Positions 1 to 6,846 of a stretch of DNA of 27,293 nucleotides are shown here, piece after piece. The stretch is from the IMG/VR virus record IMGVR_UViG_3300049781_000022, positions 1 through 27,293 of that record. One strand, written 5' to 3'. The first letter of the stretch is position 1. Every line of letters starts with the position of its first letter. The position numbers were made by a program, and so were the translations under genes. The notes under the pieces are model-generated. The model searched no databases and was not told the DNA's origin. It worked only from the letters and a program-made list of their open reading frames with translations. The DNA comes from a virus. Taxonomy: Duplodnaviria > Caudoviricetes.

Positions 1-821
1 GCCGGGTACAGCTCCGACCGGCCATCCGCGAACTGCCGCGACGCGGGGACCACGGTCACCCACAACGCGCCCGGGTCCGCCCCCTCCAGCGCCCCCACCA
101 GCTGCCGCCGGAACCGTAGCCAGCGCCCCACCGCGACCACCGTGCCCTCGCGCAGCCGCACCGACTCCTCCACCACGGGCAGATGCGAACCGTTCTGCCG
201 GTGCCACGCCGCCCGCAACGTCCCCGCGTCCAGGTCCACGTCCCTCAGACGCCGCGCCACCATGTCCCCGCTCGACATGCCCGAATCCAACGCCACCCCG
301 ATCACCGCCAGCGTCCGCGCCAGCAGCGCATCCAGCGGCGCCGACGCCGCCATGTCCGCCATCCGCCGATACAGTGCGGCCGCCTGCGCCGGCGTCACCG
401 GGGCCTTCGCCGCAGGCCGCCACACCCGCGGCAGCAGCATCTCCACCCCCGCCTCCTCCCCCAGGATCGCCAGACAGTCCCGGGCGGTGGCGATCGAGGA
501 CCACGGCAGCGGCCCCGACGCCTGCTTCGCTCGGGCCGGGTCCCGCAGCTCGCCGGCCGCCGCCAGCTCCAGGAATGCGTCCACGCCCTCCGGCCCGAGC
601 AGCACGGACACCGACCCGGCCGCCCCGTCTGGCATCTCCGGTCGGCCGATGGCGCGCTCCAGCTGCCGCACCGTCGCCCGCAACTGGAGCGCCCGCGAGG
701 ATGACACCAGCCGTCCCCGCTTCAGCGGCGGCCGCACCTCCCACGCGGCCTCACTCCGCGGCGCGACCCGCTCCACCAGCGCCTCCAGGCGCCGGATCGA
801 CGGTGGCCTCTGCTCGGTCAC
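1..821 (-). CDS. Tyrosine-recombinase-fold protein, probably catalytically degenerate (3' end outside window)
   Basis: Not in the ORF track. GTG at 821-819 overlaps the TGA of the upstream recombinase (GTGA). Open to the window edge: MTEQRPPSIRRLEALVERV...LARTLAVIGVALDSGMSSGDMVARRLRDVDLDAGTL...VRLREGTVVAVGRWLRFRRQLV...ALWVT, which follows the XerC/integrase Box I pattern with S in place of the catalytic R. Confidence 0.72.
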   Translation of the reverse strand, partial: MTEQRPPSIRRLEALVERVAPRSEAAWEVRPPLKRGRLVSSSRALQLRATVRQLERAIGRPEMPDGAAGSVSVLLGPEGVDAFLELAAAGELRDPARAKQASGPLPWSSIATARDCLAILGEEAGVEMLLPRVWRPAAKAPVTPAQAAALYRRMADMAASAPLDALLARTLAVIGVALDSGMSSGDMVARRLRDVDLDAGTLRAAWHRQNGSHLPVVEESVRLREGTVVAVGRWLRFRRQLVGALEGADPGALWVTVVPASRQFADGRSELYP

Positions 822-1975
822 CCCTGCCCCTCCTCCTGCTGCTGTCGCCGGACTGCGGCCCGCCCGATCTGCGCAAGCGGGTTCCGCTCACCAGCGGCGT
901 CGTCCTCGTCGACATACCCGATCAGCGACTTGGACTTGTCGTCCCACCCGCCGTGCCGACCGATCTGGACGATATCTACCCCGGCTTGGCGGGCGGACTT
1001 CACGAAGCCGCGTCGGGAGGAATGGGAGCGCCACCGCCCGGGGAGCCCGGTGCGTTCGATGGAGCGCTGCACGATGTCGGAGGCCGCCTCGATCGTCATG
1101 CGCCCGTCGGGATCACCGATCGGCTTCCCGCGGCGCTGCATGGGTGGGGCGAGGTAGCCCCACCGGTCCATGCGCAGGAACAGGGCGCCCTCGTGGTGGC
1201 CTTCGTCGGCGAGCGCGGCTACCAGAGCGAGGACCGCCCGCACCGCGCACAGCTCCGGCTCAGGGTCCAGGACAACGTCCACGTTCTGCCACAGCTTCCG
1301 CTTCTTCCGGTACACGCGAACCTTGAATCCGTCCTCGGGCAGCTCGGTGAAGCTGCCCGGCCAGTCCAGCGGGACGAGTTCGCTGCCCCGGGAGGCGAGG
1401 GCGTGACCGAGCAGCATCAGTGCGGCGTCCCGCTTCCCCGCGAGGGTGGTCCGGTCGAGTTCGGCGAGCGCAATGCGCAGGACCGTACGGTCTGCCGGGC
1501 TGGCCTTGTTCGGCTGGGCCGCCGGGTCCTGGCGCGCGGACAGCTCCGCCCGGTACCCGGCCACGACCTTCCGCGCGCCCATGGTGTCGGGGGGCTGGTG
1601 CCCGGCAGCGCGGTGCGCGGACCGAATGGAGGCGATGATCCGGTCCATCGACTTCGGCCCGTACGGCTTCCCGGTGCGCTTCCTCGCGGTCCGCTTCAGA
1701 TACGACAGGTACTCAGTCACGGTCTTCGGTGCGGCGGGCATGGCGCGGCGGCCAACGGTGGCGCACCATTCGGCGAAACGGTCCATGTCGCCCTTGTAGG
1801 CCGCCCTCGTCTCCTTCGGGATTCCGGCCTGGACGTCCGCTTTCGCTTGAGGGGACAGCCAGTTGTCCGGGTCTTCGTCCGGTAGCGCGGGCGCCCGTTC
1901 CTCACGTACGGCGGGGAGTTGACCGTCGTCCACCAGCTCGGCGTCAACCACCTGGTCCGGGTCGTGCTCTCTCAC
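818..1975 (-). CDS. Cre-like tyrosine recombinase / site-specific integrase-resolvase
   Basis: Motifs KRDAALMLLGHALASRGSEL (R), KKRK (K), SHSSRRGF (HxxR), HGGW (W as in Cre), LIGY (Y); N-terminal core-binding domain ETRAAYKGDMDRFAEWC. Start placed at GTG 1975 with GAGG RBS rather than 2080. Confidence 0.92.
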   Translation of the reverse strand: MREHDPDQVVDAELVDDGQLPAVREERAPALPDEDPDNWLSPQAKADVQAGIPKETRAAYKGDMDRFAEWCATVGRRAMPAAPKTVTEYLSYLKRTARKRTGKPYGPKSMDRIIASIRSAHRAAGHQPPDTMGARKVVAGYRAELSARQDPAAQPNKASPADRTVLRIALAELDRTTLAGKRDAALMLLGHALASRGSELVPLDWPGSFTELPEDGFKVRVYRKKRKLWQNVDVVLDPEPELCAVRAVLALVAALADEGHHEGALFLRMDRWGYLAPPMQRRGKPIGDPDGRMTIEAASDIVQRSIERTGLPGRWRSHSSRRGFVKSARQAGVDIVQIGRHGGWDDKSKSLIGYVDEDDAAGERNPLAQIGRAAVRRQQQEEGQG

Positions 1976-1982
1976 ACCAGCC

Positions 1983-2150
1983 TCAGATCGTCTTGAGGAT
2001 GTGCGCCACGGCGTAGTGTTTTTGGTACCCACGCATGGTCCAGAAACGTTCTCCGCACTGGCACTGCTTGCGGGCGGCACCGTGGAACGGCTCGGGGGTG
2101 GCAGGGACCCAGTCGCCGTCCCGGTTCTGCGTCATGTCCGGTGCTTGCAC
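1983..2150 (-). CDS. 55-aa C2H2-type zinc-finger small protein
   Basis: Not in the ORF track. GAGGAG RBS 6 nt before GTG 2150; MQAPDMTQNRDGDWVPATPEPFHGAARKQCQCGERFWTMRGYQKHYAVAHILKTI; the stop overlaps the RBS of the recombinase gene. Confidence 0.65.
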   Translation of the reverse strand: MQAPDMTQNRDGDWVPATPEPFHGAARKQCQCGERFWTMRGYQKHYAVAHILKTI

Positions 2151-2176
2151 AGGCTTCTCCTCTGCCTACGATGATC

Positions 2177-2204
2177 CCTCTACAGAAGGAACATTATCTG
2201 GAGC
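2177..2204. promoter_or_regulatory. Candidate dif/lox-like recombination site (11-6-11), overlapping a possible minus-strand -10 (GATAAT)
   Basis: Minus strand GCTCCAGATAA-TGTTCC-TTCTGTAGAGG; imperfect palindrome in an AT-rich patch just upstream of the recombinase operon. Confidence 0.45.
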
Positions 2205-2244
2205 CAGATCATCTAGTGCTCCCGAAGCAGGCAGGGCAAGCGTG

Positions 2245-2502
2245 TCACGCAGTGCCGAGGCCGTTCCCCGTGAGCGGGATCTCCCAGTCGCCCGACTCCC
2301 CGAGTTCCATCCCACGGCCGCATCCGGCGCACCGGGCGAGCCGCACCGGGACATGGCTGATGTCCACAACAGGCTGATGAGAGAAGCACGTTCCCGCTCG
2401 GCGTAGCCGGACCGACATCGCGCCGGCGGAGCCTGCGGGTGGGGCGATGCCGAGGAGAGTGTGCTTCAGGACAGCGATCTGCGTGTGGTTCGGTCGCGAC
2501 AT
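2245..2502 (-). CDS. Hypothetical protein with possible Zn-ribbon (CFSH...CAGCG)
   Basis: ORF 2245..2517; GGAG RBS before ATG 2502 (MSRPNHTQIAVLKH...); co-oriented with its neighbours. Confidence 0.45.
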   Translation of the reverse strand: MSRPNHTQIAVLKHTLLGIAPPAGSAGAMSVRLRRAGTCFSHQPVVDISHVPVRLARCAGCGRGMELGESGDWEIPLTGNGLGTA

Positions 2503-2523
2503 CACGTCTCCGCTCATCCTGCG

Positions 2524-2597
2524 TGGCGGGTGGGCGCCGGGCCTCGAACCCCGGGCTCAGCGATTGGCACGATGGCATCCACTGACGGCGCCCGCCC
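2524..2597 (-). ncRNA. tRNA-like element (non-canonical cloverleaf, encoded CCA)
   Basis: 74 nt; ends pair (GGGCGGGCG/CGCCCACCC, one mismatch) followed by G-CCA; T-loop-like GGGG-TTCGAGG-CCC; one internal stem TCAGTG/CGCTGA; no clear separate D and anticodon arms. Confidence 0.4.
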
Positions 2598-2665
2598 CCA
2601 GCAAGGAGGGTTCCCGCCCACCACAAGTGAGCTTATCAAGCATCACGAAAGTTGATCTTGCAAGG

Positions 2666-2707
2666 AGAATCGCACTCCCGCCCTTAATCGGATGGGAGTG
2701 CGATTCT
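2666..2707. terminator. 14-bp perfect inverted repeat, probable terminator after the endonuclease VII gene
   Basis: AGAATCGCACTCCC-N14-GGGAGTGCGATTCT, 15 nt downstream of the TAA at 2723. Confidence 0.65.
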
Positions 2708-2722
2708 TCGTCAGGACGCGTT

Positions 2723-3312
2723 TTAAGCGGCGGCGTCGTTGGCGCGCTCCGCCTTATCGCGCTCATGTCGCTCCAGGTACACGACCATCGCGCGCAGGAT
2801 CGTCAGGCTGTCCTGGGCGTTGCCGAGCGCGTAGTTGCAGGGGCGGCAGAGTAAGTCCCTGACGGCGCCGGTTCGGTGGTCGTGGTCGACATGCAGTCGG
2901 TGTTCTGGTGTGGTGCCGCATATCGCACACCCCGCCCGCCCTGCCGCTCCATGCGCGCTTGGTACTCCTCCACGGTCATGCCGTAGTTGTTCCGGAGGTT
3001 CTGCGCATAGACGGCCTCCTTGCCGCCCTTGGCTTGGTACCGATCCCGCTTCATGGCGTTCGCGCACTCTCGGCAGTAGATGTGCCCCGGCGCGTGGTAC
3101 AGCTCGATGGCCTTGTCTTCCTGACACCTCGGACAGACCTTGCTTCCTGCTGTTGCGTGCCGCTGCGCTCTTCGTAGACGGGCGGCCTTCGTGGCGCAGG
3201 GAGATGAGCAGTACCGGGCGCGACCCGCCGGGCTCCTGTTCTCGGGCGTCTCCCTGTTGCACTCGGGGTTCCCGCACCGTGTCCCCAGTTCGGGCGTCAG
3301 CGCTTCCTGCAT
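2723..3312 (-). pseudogene. Endonuclease VII (His-Me finger) domain protein with N-terminal Zn-binding motifs, split by a frameshift at ~2930-2933
   Basis: The frame of 2803..3312 gives ...NYGMTVEEYQARMERQGGR; the frame of 2723..3277 continues CAICG...LHVDHDHRTGAVRDLLCRPCNYALG, the Endonuclease_7 signature. The junction lies in a G4 run (CGG GG TGT). Confidence 0.85.
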
Positions 3313-3332
3313 CGTTCCCCTATCCCCGTTGA

Positions 3333-3374
3333 AGTAGTTGAGCTACTCTAAGAATAGCAGTAGTCAAGCTACTC
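3333..3374. promoter_or_regulatory. Two palindromic operator-like boxes AGTAG-N5-CTACT in the divergent promoter region
   Basis: AGTAGTTGAGCTACTC (3333-3348) and AGTAGTCAAGCTACTC (3359-3374), 26-bp period, between the divergent endonuclease VII and AlpA-like genes. Confidence 0.7.
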
Positions 3375-3394
3375 GAACGCGCTACGCTGAGCCC

Positions 3395-3589
3395 ATGGAC
3401 CTGACCGGCTACCTAACCTCCGACCAAGCAGCAGAACGGCTCGGCATCAACCGCCAGAGCCTCTACAACCTGACGAACCGCGACGACTTCCCCAAGCCCA
3501 AGAAGGTCGGCCGTACGTCCCTCTGGCCTGAGAAGGAACTGGACGAGTGGCGCGCCCGACACCCCAAGCGACAGACCACCGAGCAGTGA
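3395..3589 (+). CDS. AlpA/excisionase-family helix-turn-helix regulator (64 aa)
   Basis: YLTSDQAAERLGINRQSLYNLTNRDDFPKPKKVGRTSLWPEKELDEW is a typical AlpA pattern; ATG 3395 has no SD but has TACGCT 6 nt upstream (possible leaderless transcript). Confidence 0.9.
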   Translation: MDLTGYLTSDQAAERLGINRQSLYNLTNRDDFPKPKKVGRTSLWPEKELDEWRARHPKRQTTEQ

Positions 3590-3600
3590 GGACACCGACC

Positions 3601-3996
3601 ATGACCAGCGCTGACATCGCGCTCTGGAACGTGCAGAAGTTCGACCAGACGTTGTGCGCGTACACGACCCTTGAAGCAGCCAAGGCACACGGTGAGCACA
3701 TCATCCACGCCTACTACCAAGATGCGATGGACCGCCGTCGGGTCCCCGAGTCCCACCGCGCCATTGACTGGCGCGTGTCCTGCTGCGGCCACCTGTACGG
3801 ACCCGGCCAGTTCAACCACACCGCCTACCCGGACGTGCATGCAGAAGGATGCTGGTGGACGGAACCGAAGGCGCTCTCCCTGCGCCCCTTCTGGGTCGTC
3901 AACGGGAAGGCGGCAGGTACTGGGCACGTCAGCACCGACTGGGAGATCTGGCAGGGCGTGGCCTACGCCCGGTTTGACCCCAGCCTCGCCGCGTAA
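3601..3996 (+). CDS. Hypothetical protein (131 aa), array gene 1
   Basis: ATG 3601 follows the GAGGA RBS in repeat 1; high-GC3 codon usage; YTTLEAAKAHGE motif. Confidence 0.8.
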   Translation: MTSADIALWNVQKFDQTLCAYTTLEAAKAHGEHIIHAYYQDAMDRRRVPESHRAIDWRVSCCGHLYGPGQFNHTAYPDVHAEGCWWTEPKALSLRPFWVVNGKAAGTGHVSTDWEIWQGVAYARFDPSLAA

Positions 3997-4047
3997 GCCC
4001 TGCGAATCGAAACCCGACCGCACCACCGAGAAGTGAGGACACTGACC

Positions 4048-4227
4048 ATGCAGATCGTGAGCATCGCCACCGACGGCACCGTGACCATCAAGATGTCCGC
4101 GCAGGAAGCAGCAGCGGTCCGGGACGACTTGGGCGCCATCTGGGCGAACAAGGTCAGCCAGCCCGGAGACAAGCTGCACAGCCTGCTGGAACACGCCACC
4201 TACGACGACCGCACCACCGAGAAGTGA
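4048..4227 (+). CDS. Hypothetical protein (59 aa), array gene 2
   Basis: ATG 4048 follows the RBS in repeat 2; C-terminus DRTTEK* is encoded by repeat 3. Confidence 0.75.
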   Translation: MQIVSIATDGTVTIKMSAQEAAAVRDDLGAIWANKVSQPGDKLHSLLEHATYDDRTTEK

Positions 4228-4237
4228 GGACACTACT

Positions 4238-4606
4238 ATGAGCATCGATCCGCGCGCCCGGGCCTTAGCGAAAGCCCGACAGGGCATGGCCGCCCGAGAG
4301 TCATCCATCACGCCCGACTGGGACAACCTGCCCGAGGACACGAAGAAGATCCGCATCAGCGAAGCCGCCGCGTGGCTGCAAGCAGCCGTCGAAGCCGGGA
4401 TCGCCCCGCTCGCCGAGCGCCCCACCGACGAGCACGATGCGGTCTGGCTCGACGACGAGGGCCTGCTGTGGGCCGAGTACCAGACCAGCCCGCCGTCGTA
4501 CGGCGACGCCATCCTCCGCCTCGTCTGGGCATCCGACGAGTGCAGCTCCAAACGCGACCTGGAGGACCAGGGCGCCGAGTTCCGACTCATCGGCTGGAGC
4601 AAGTAG
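4238..4606 (+). CDS. Hypothetical protein (122 aa), array gene 3, contains a TTA codon
   Basis: ATG 4238 follows the RBS in repeat 3; TTA at 4265-4267; followed by a terminator. Confidence 0.8.
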   Translation: MSIDPRARALAKARQGMAARESSITPDWDNLPEDTKKIRISEAAAWLQAAVEAGIAPLAERPTDEHDAVWLDDEGLLWAEYQTSPPSYGDAILRLVWASDECSSKRDLEDQGAEFRLIGWSK

Positions 4607-4629
4607 CCCACTGCCTAACCCGCGCAGCA

Positions 4630-4664
4630 CGGCGCCCCGCCTGAGGAAAGCAGGCGGGGCGCCG
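4630..4664. terminator. GC-rich hairpin between convergent operons (likely bidirectional)
   Basis: CGGCGCCCCGCCTG-AGGAAAG-CAGGCGGGGCGCCG, perfect 14-bp stem. Confidence 0.85.
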
Positions 4665-4754
4665 CCGTGTCAGCGTAGCCGCTCACCTGGGGTTTTCCGG
4701 AGAGATGTGGAGGACGTGACTCCATTATTTATGTCCACAAACTACCGGACACGG

Positions 4755-6152
4755 TCAAGCGCCCACCGCCACCCACGGCCCAGCGAAATCCGTCCCAACG
4801 TTCGACCCCGGGGCGATCGACGAAGGCAAAGCCGTCCGGCCAGTCCCGTTCGTCGCGAACCGGTATGCGGCCGCCGCCAGGCCCAAATTCGCGGCCGAGT
4901 CGACACCAGTCCAGCCGGAGCCACGGGTCAACGTTGGTGTCGCCGACGCGTTGAACAGCAGGCCGACCCAGTAGAACGCCCCCGCCGTCAGCAGCTGGGA
5001 CGGGATGACGCTGGTCTTCAGTCCGGCCGAGGAGACAGCGGCATCGATATTCGTGGCGGCCATCAGCGTGCCGTCCGAGCTGTACAGGCCGACATGATTC
5101 TGTCCTGCGACGGGTGCCGATCCTTGGTTCCCGGCCCACCAGTAGATCCGTGTGACGTTCACGTCGGCGGCGATGTTGACGCGGGTCAGATACAGCGTGC
5201 CGTTGTTCACCTGCGTCGAGTTGACCGCCAGAGCCGGGTCGTAGCACCAGGCGGCGATCCCGTGGGCTGCGGGCGTGTCCTGGCCGAGCGCGTGGCCTGC
5301 GACGGCCAGGCTGCCGCTGATGGTGCCGCCGGTCTTGTCGAGCTTCCCCGTCTCCAGCGCGGTCGTACGGTTCTCGAGCCCGAACGACCCACCAACCCGG
5401 TTGATCAGGTCGGTCATGTAGATGTTCAGGTTCTGGCCGTCAACGGCCGGGTAGGCGCCGATCTCGGCAGGGGTCAGGGGGTCGCTGCCGTCGGTGGCGT
5501 GTGTCGCCGCGTGTGCTGTCGGGGTGCGGGCGTTGGTCGTGGACGGGTCGTTCGAGCGGAGCGCCACATCGGCCCCGGCCCCGGCGGCGCCGAGCGGTGG
5601 CTGCGGGCCAGCCGGGCCGGTATCGCCTTGGTCTCCCTTCGGGCCCGCGGGTCCGGTCGGGCCCGGGTCGCCGTCGACACCATCCGCTCCCGCGGGTCCT
5701 GCGGGCCCGGTTGCCCCGGCGGGGCCAGGCGGTCCTTCGGGACCCGTTGCGCCGTCCGCGCCTGCGGGGCCTTGCTCCCCCGGCGCGTACACCACCGTCC
5801 CGCCGCCCGTGATGGTGCTGGACAGGTCCACCCGCAGGTCGCCCAGCCAGTACGGGCCACCGGACTCCGGGACCAGGATGTGGGTGCGGACCGGCGTCCC
5901 GTCGAGCGCCCGGCCCTCCATCACCGCCCACAGCGTGTCCCCCGCGACCGACTCGATCCCGGAGTTCGGCAGGAGGTCCGCCGACCACACCCCGTCCGTG
6001 CCCGGCGTGATCCGCACCGGCCGTACGATCTCGCCCTCAGCGGAGGCCACGTAGCCGACCGCGCGGACGCCCGTCACGTCCACCAACTCGGCGGCCACCT
6101 CCACCCGGGCTGGTGTGGCCGGGCCGATCAGCTTCCCCTGCACGATGGTCAT
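4755..6152 (-). CDS. Collagen-repeat tail/head fibre-like protein with C-terminal beta-rich putative receptor-binding domain
   Basis: Start [10 protein letters not shown] at 6152 with GAGGAG RBS; Gly-X-Y repeats ([16 protein letters not shown]...); [20 protein letters not shown] fibre-type repeat; aromatic beta-rich C-terminus. Confidence 0.75.
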   Translation of the reverse strand: MTIVQGKLIGPATPARVEVAAELVDVTGVRAVGYVASAEGEIVRPVRITPGTDGVWSADLLPNSGIESVAGDTLWAVMEGRALDGTPVRTHILVPESGGPYWLGDLRVDLSSTITGGGTVVYAPGEQGPAGADGATGPEGPPGPAGATGPAGPAGADGVDGDPGPTGPAGPKGDQGDTGPAGPQPPLGAAGAGADVALRSNDPSTTNARTPTAHAATHATDGSDPLTPAEIGAYPAVDGQNLNIYMTDLINRVGGSFGLENRTTALETGKLDKTGGTISGSLAVAGHALGQDTPAAHGIAAWCYDPALAVNSTQVNNGTLYLTRVNIAADVNVTRIYWWAGNQGSAPVAGQNHVGLYSSDGTLMAATNIDAAVSSAGLKTSVIPSQLLTAGAFYWVGLLFNASATPTLTRGSGWTGVDSAANLGLAAAAYRFATNGTGRTALPSSIAPGSNVGTDFAGPWVAVGA

Positions 6153-6162
6153 GCCGGTCTCC

Positions 6163-6846
6163 TCAGTAGCGGCGGCGCTCCGGAGCAAGCCCGAGCAGCC
6201 CCATGCCGCCCGAGCTGTCAGATGGTTGGGGCTGCGGCGCGCCATCCCGGCGACACACCAGCGCGTCCGGGTCCCACGACGGGGCCTGGAGGCTGTACCC
6301 GTCCGGGCAGCCTGGTCCGGCCGGGCCGCGGTCGCCCGTCTCGCCCTTGTCTCCCTTCTCACCCTGCGGGCCTTGTGCACCCTGGGGGCCTTCCGGCCCG
6401 GCCGGTCCCGCGGGCCCGGCGGCACCGTCCGATCCGTTGCTGCCGTCAGCCCCGTTCGCACCGTCAGAGCCACTGGCCCCGTCGGAGCCGGGCGGGCCCG
6501 GAGACCCCGAGGGGCCAGGACCGCCCGGCTTCCCGGACTCACCGTCCCGGCCGTTCTTCCCGTCCTCACCCGGCCGACCTGTTGGCCCGGGCGATCCCGG
6601 AGGGCCCGAGGGCCCCACATCACCCGGTGAGCCACGCGAACCCGGCGGGCCGGCCACCGGCGACGCCCCCAGCCCCTGCACCTGCCGGGCCAACTGGTCG
6701 CGCGCCCGGTTGGCGTCCGCCAAGTCCTTGGACTGCATGAGGAAGGCGGTCAGCCCAGCAGCGAGCAGCGCGGCGAACAGCAGCGCCCCCGCGGCCGCCA
6801 GATAGTCGCCGCGGCGCCGCCGCTTATGGGCCTCCGCCCGGGTCAT
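6163..6846 (-). CDS. Membrane-anchored collagen-like protein
   Basis: ATGA overlap at 6843-6846; basic N-terminus, TM helix ([23 protein letters not shown]), coiled coil, long Gly-X-Y tract, C-terminal CPDGY...LVC. Confidence 0.8.
   Translation of the reverse strand: MTRAEAHKRRRRGDYLAAAGALLFAALLAAGLTAFLMQSKDLADANRARDQLARQVQGLGASPVAGPPGSRGSPGDVGPSGPPGSPGPTGRPGEDGKNGRDGESGKPGGPGPSGSPGPPGSDGASGSDGANGADGSNGSDGAAGPAGPAGPEGPQGAQGPQGEKGDKGETGDRGPAGPGCPDGYSLQAPSWDPDALVCRRDGAPQPQPSDSSGGMGLLGLAPERRRY

Larger units (their letters stand above)
3569..4240 (+). repeat. Three intergenic direct repeats CGACCGCACCACCGAGAAGTGAGGACAC(T) carrying stop + RBS, each followed by ATG
   Basis: Copies at 3569-3596 (degenerate), 4015-4043 and 4206-4234 (29 bp identical). 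Confidence 0.92.

Noticed and set aside
142-1885. Long plus-strand ORFs 142..1326, 183..704 and 374..1885
   Set aside because: Antisense shadows of the two recombinase genes, typical of high-GC DNA; low-complexity R/P/A/S translations.
2666-2707. 14-bp inverted repeat as a loxP-type site for the Cre-like recombinase
   Set aside because: The 14-nt spacer is too long for tyrosine recombinase cores (6-8 bp), and its position right after a stop codon fits a terminator.
3569-4234. 29-bp direct repeats as a CRISPR array
   Set aside because: Spacers are 162 and ~418 bp and are intact genes; the repeat is not palindromic; no cas genes in the window.
4706-4740. AT-rich TTATTTATGTCCACA as a second dif-like site
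   Set aside because: Only a XerD-like half arm matches; there is no ATAA-type partner arm at 6-bp spacing.
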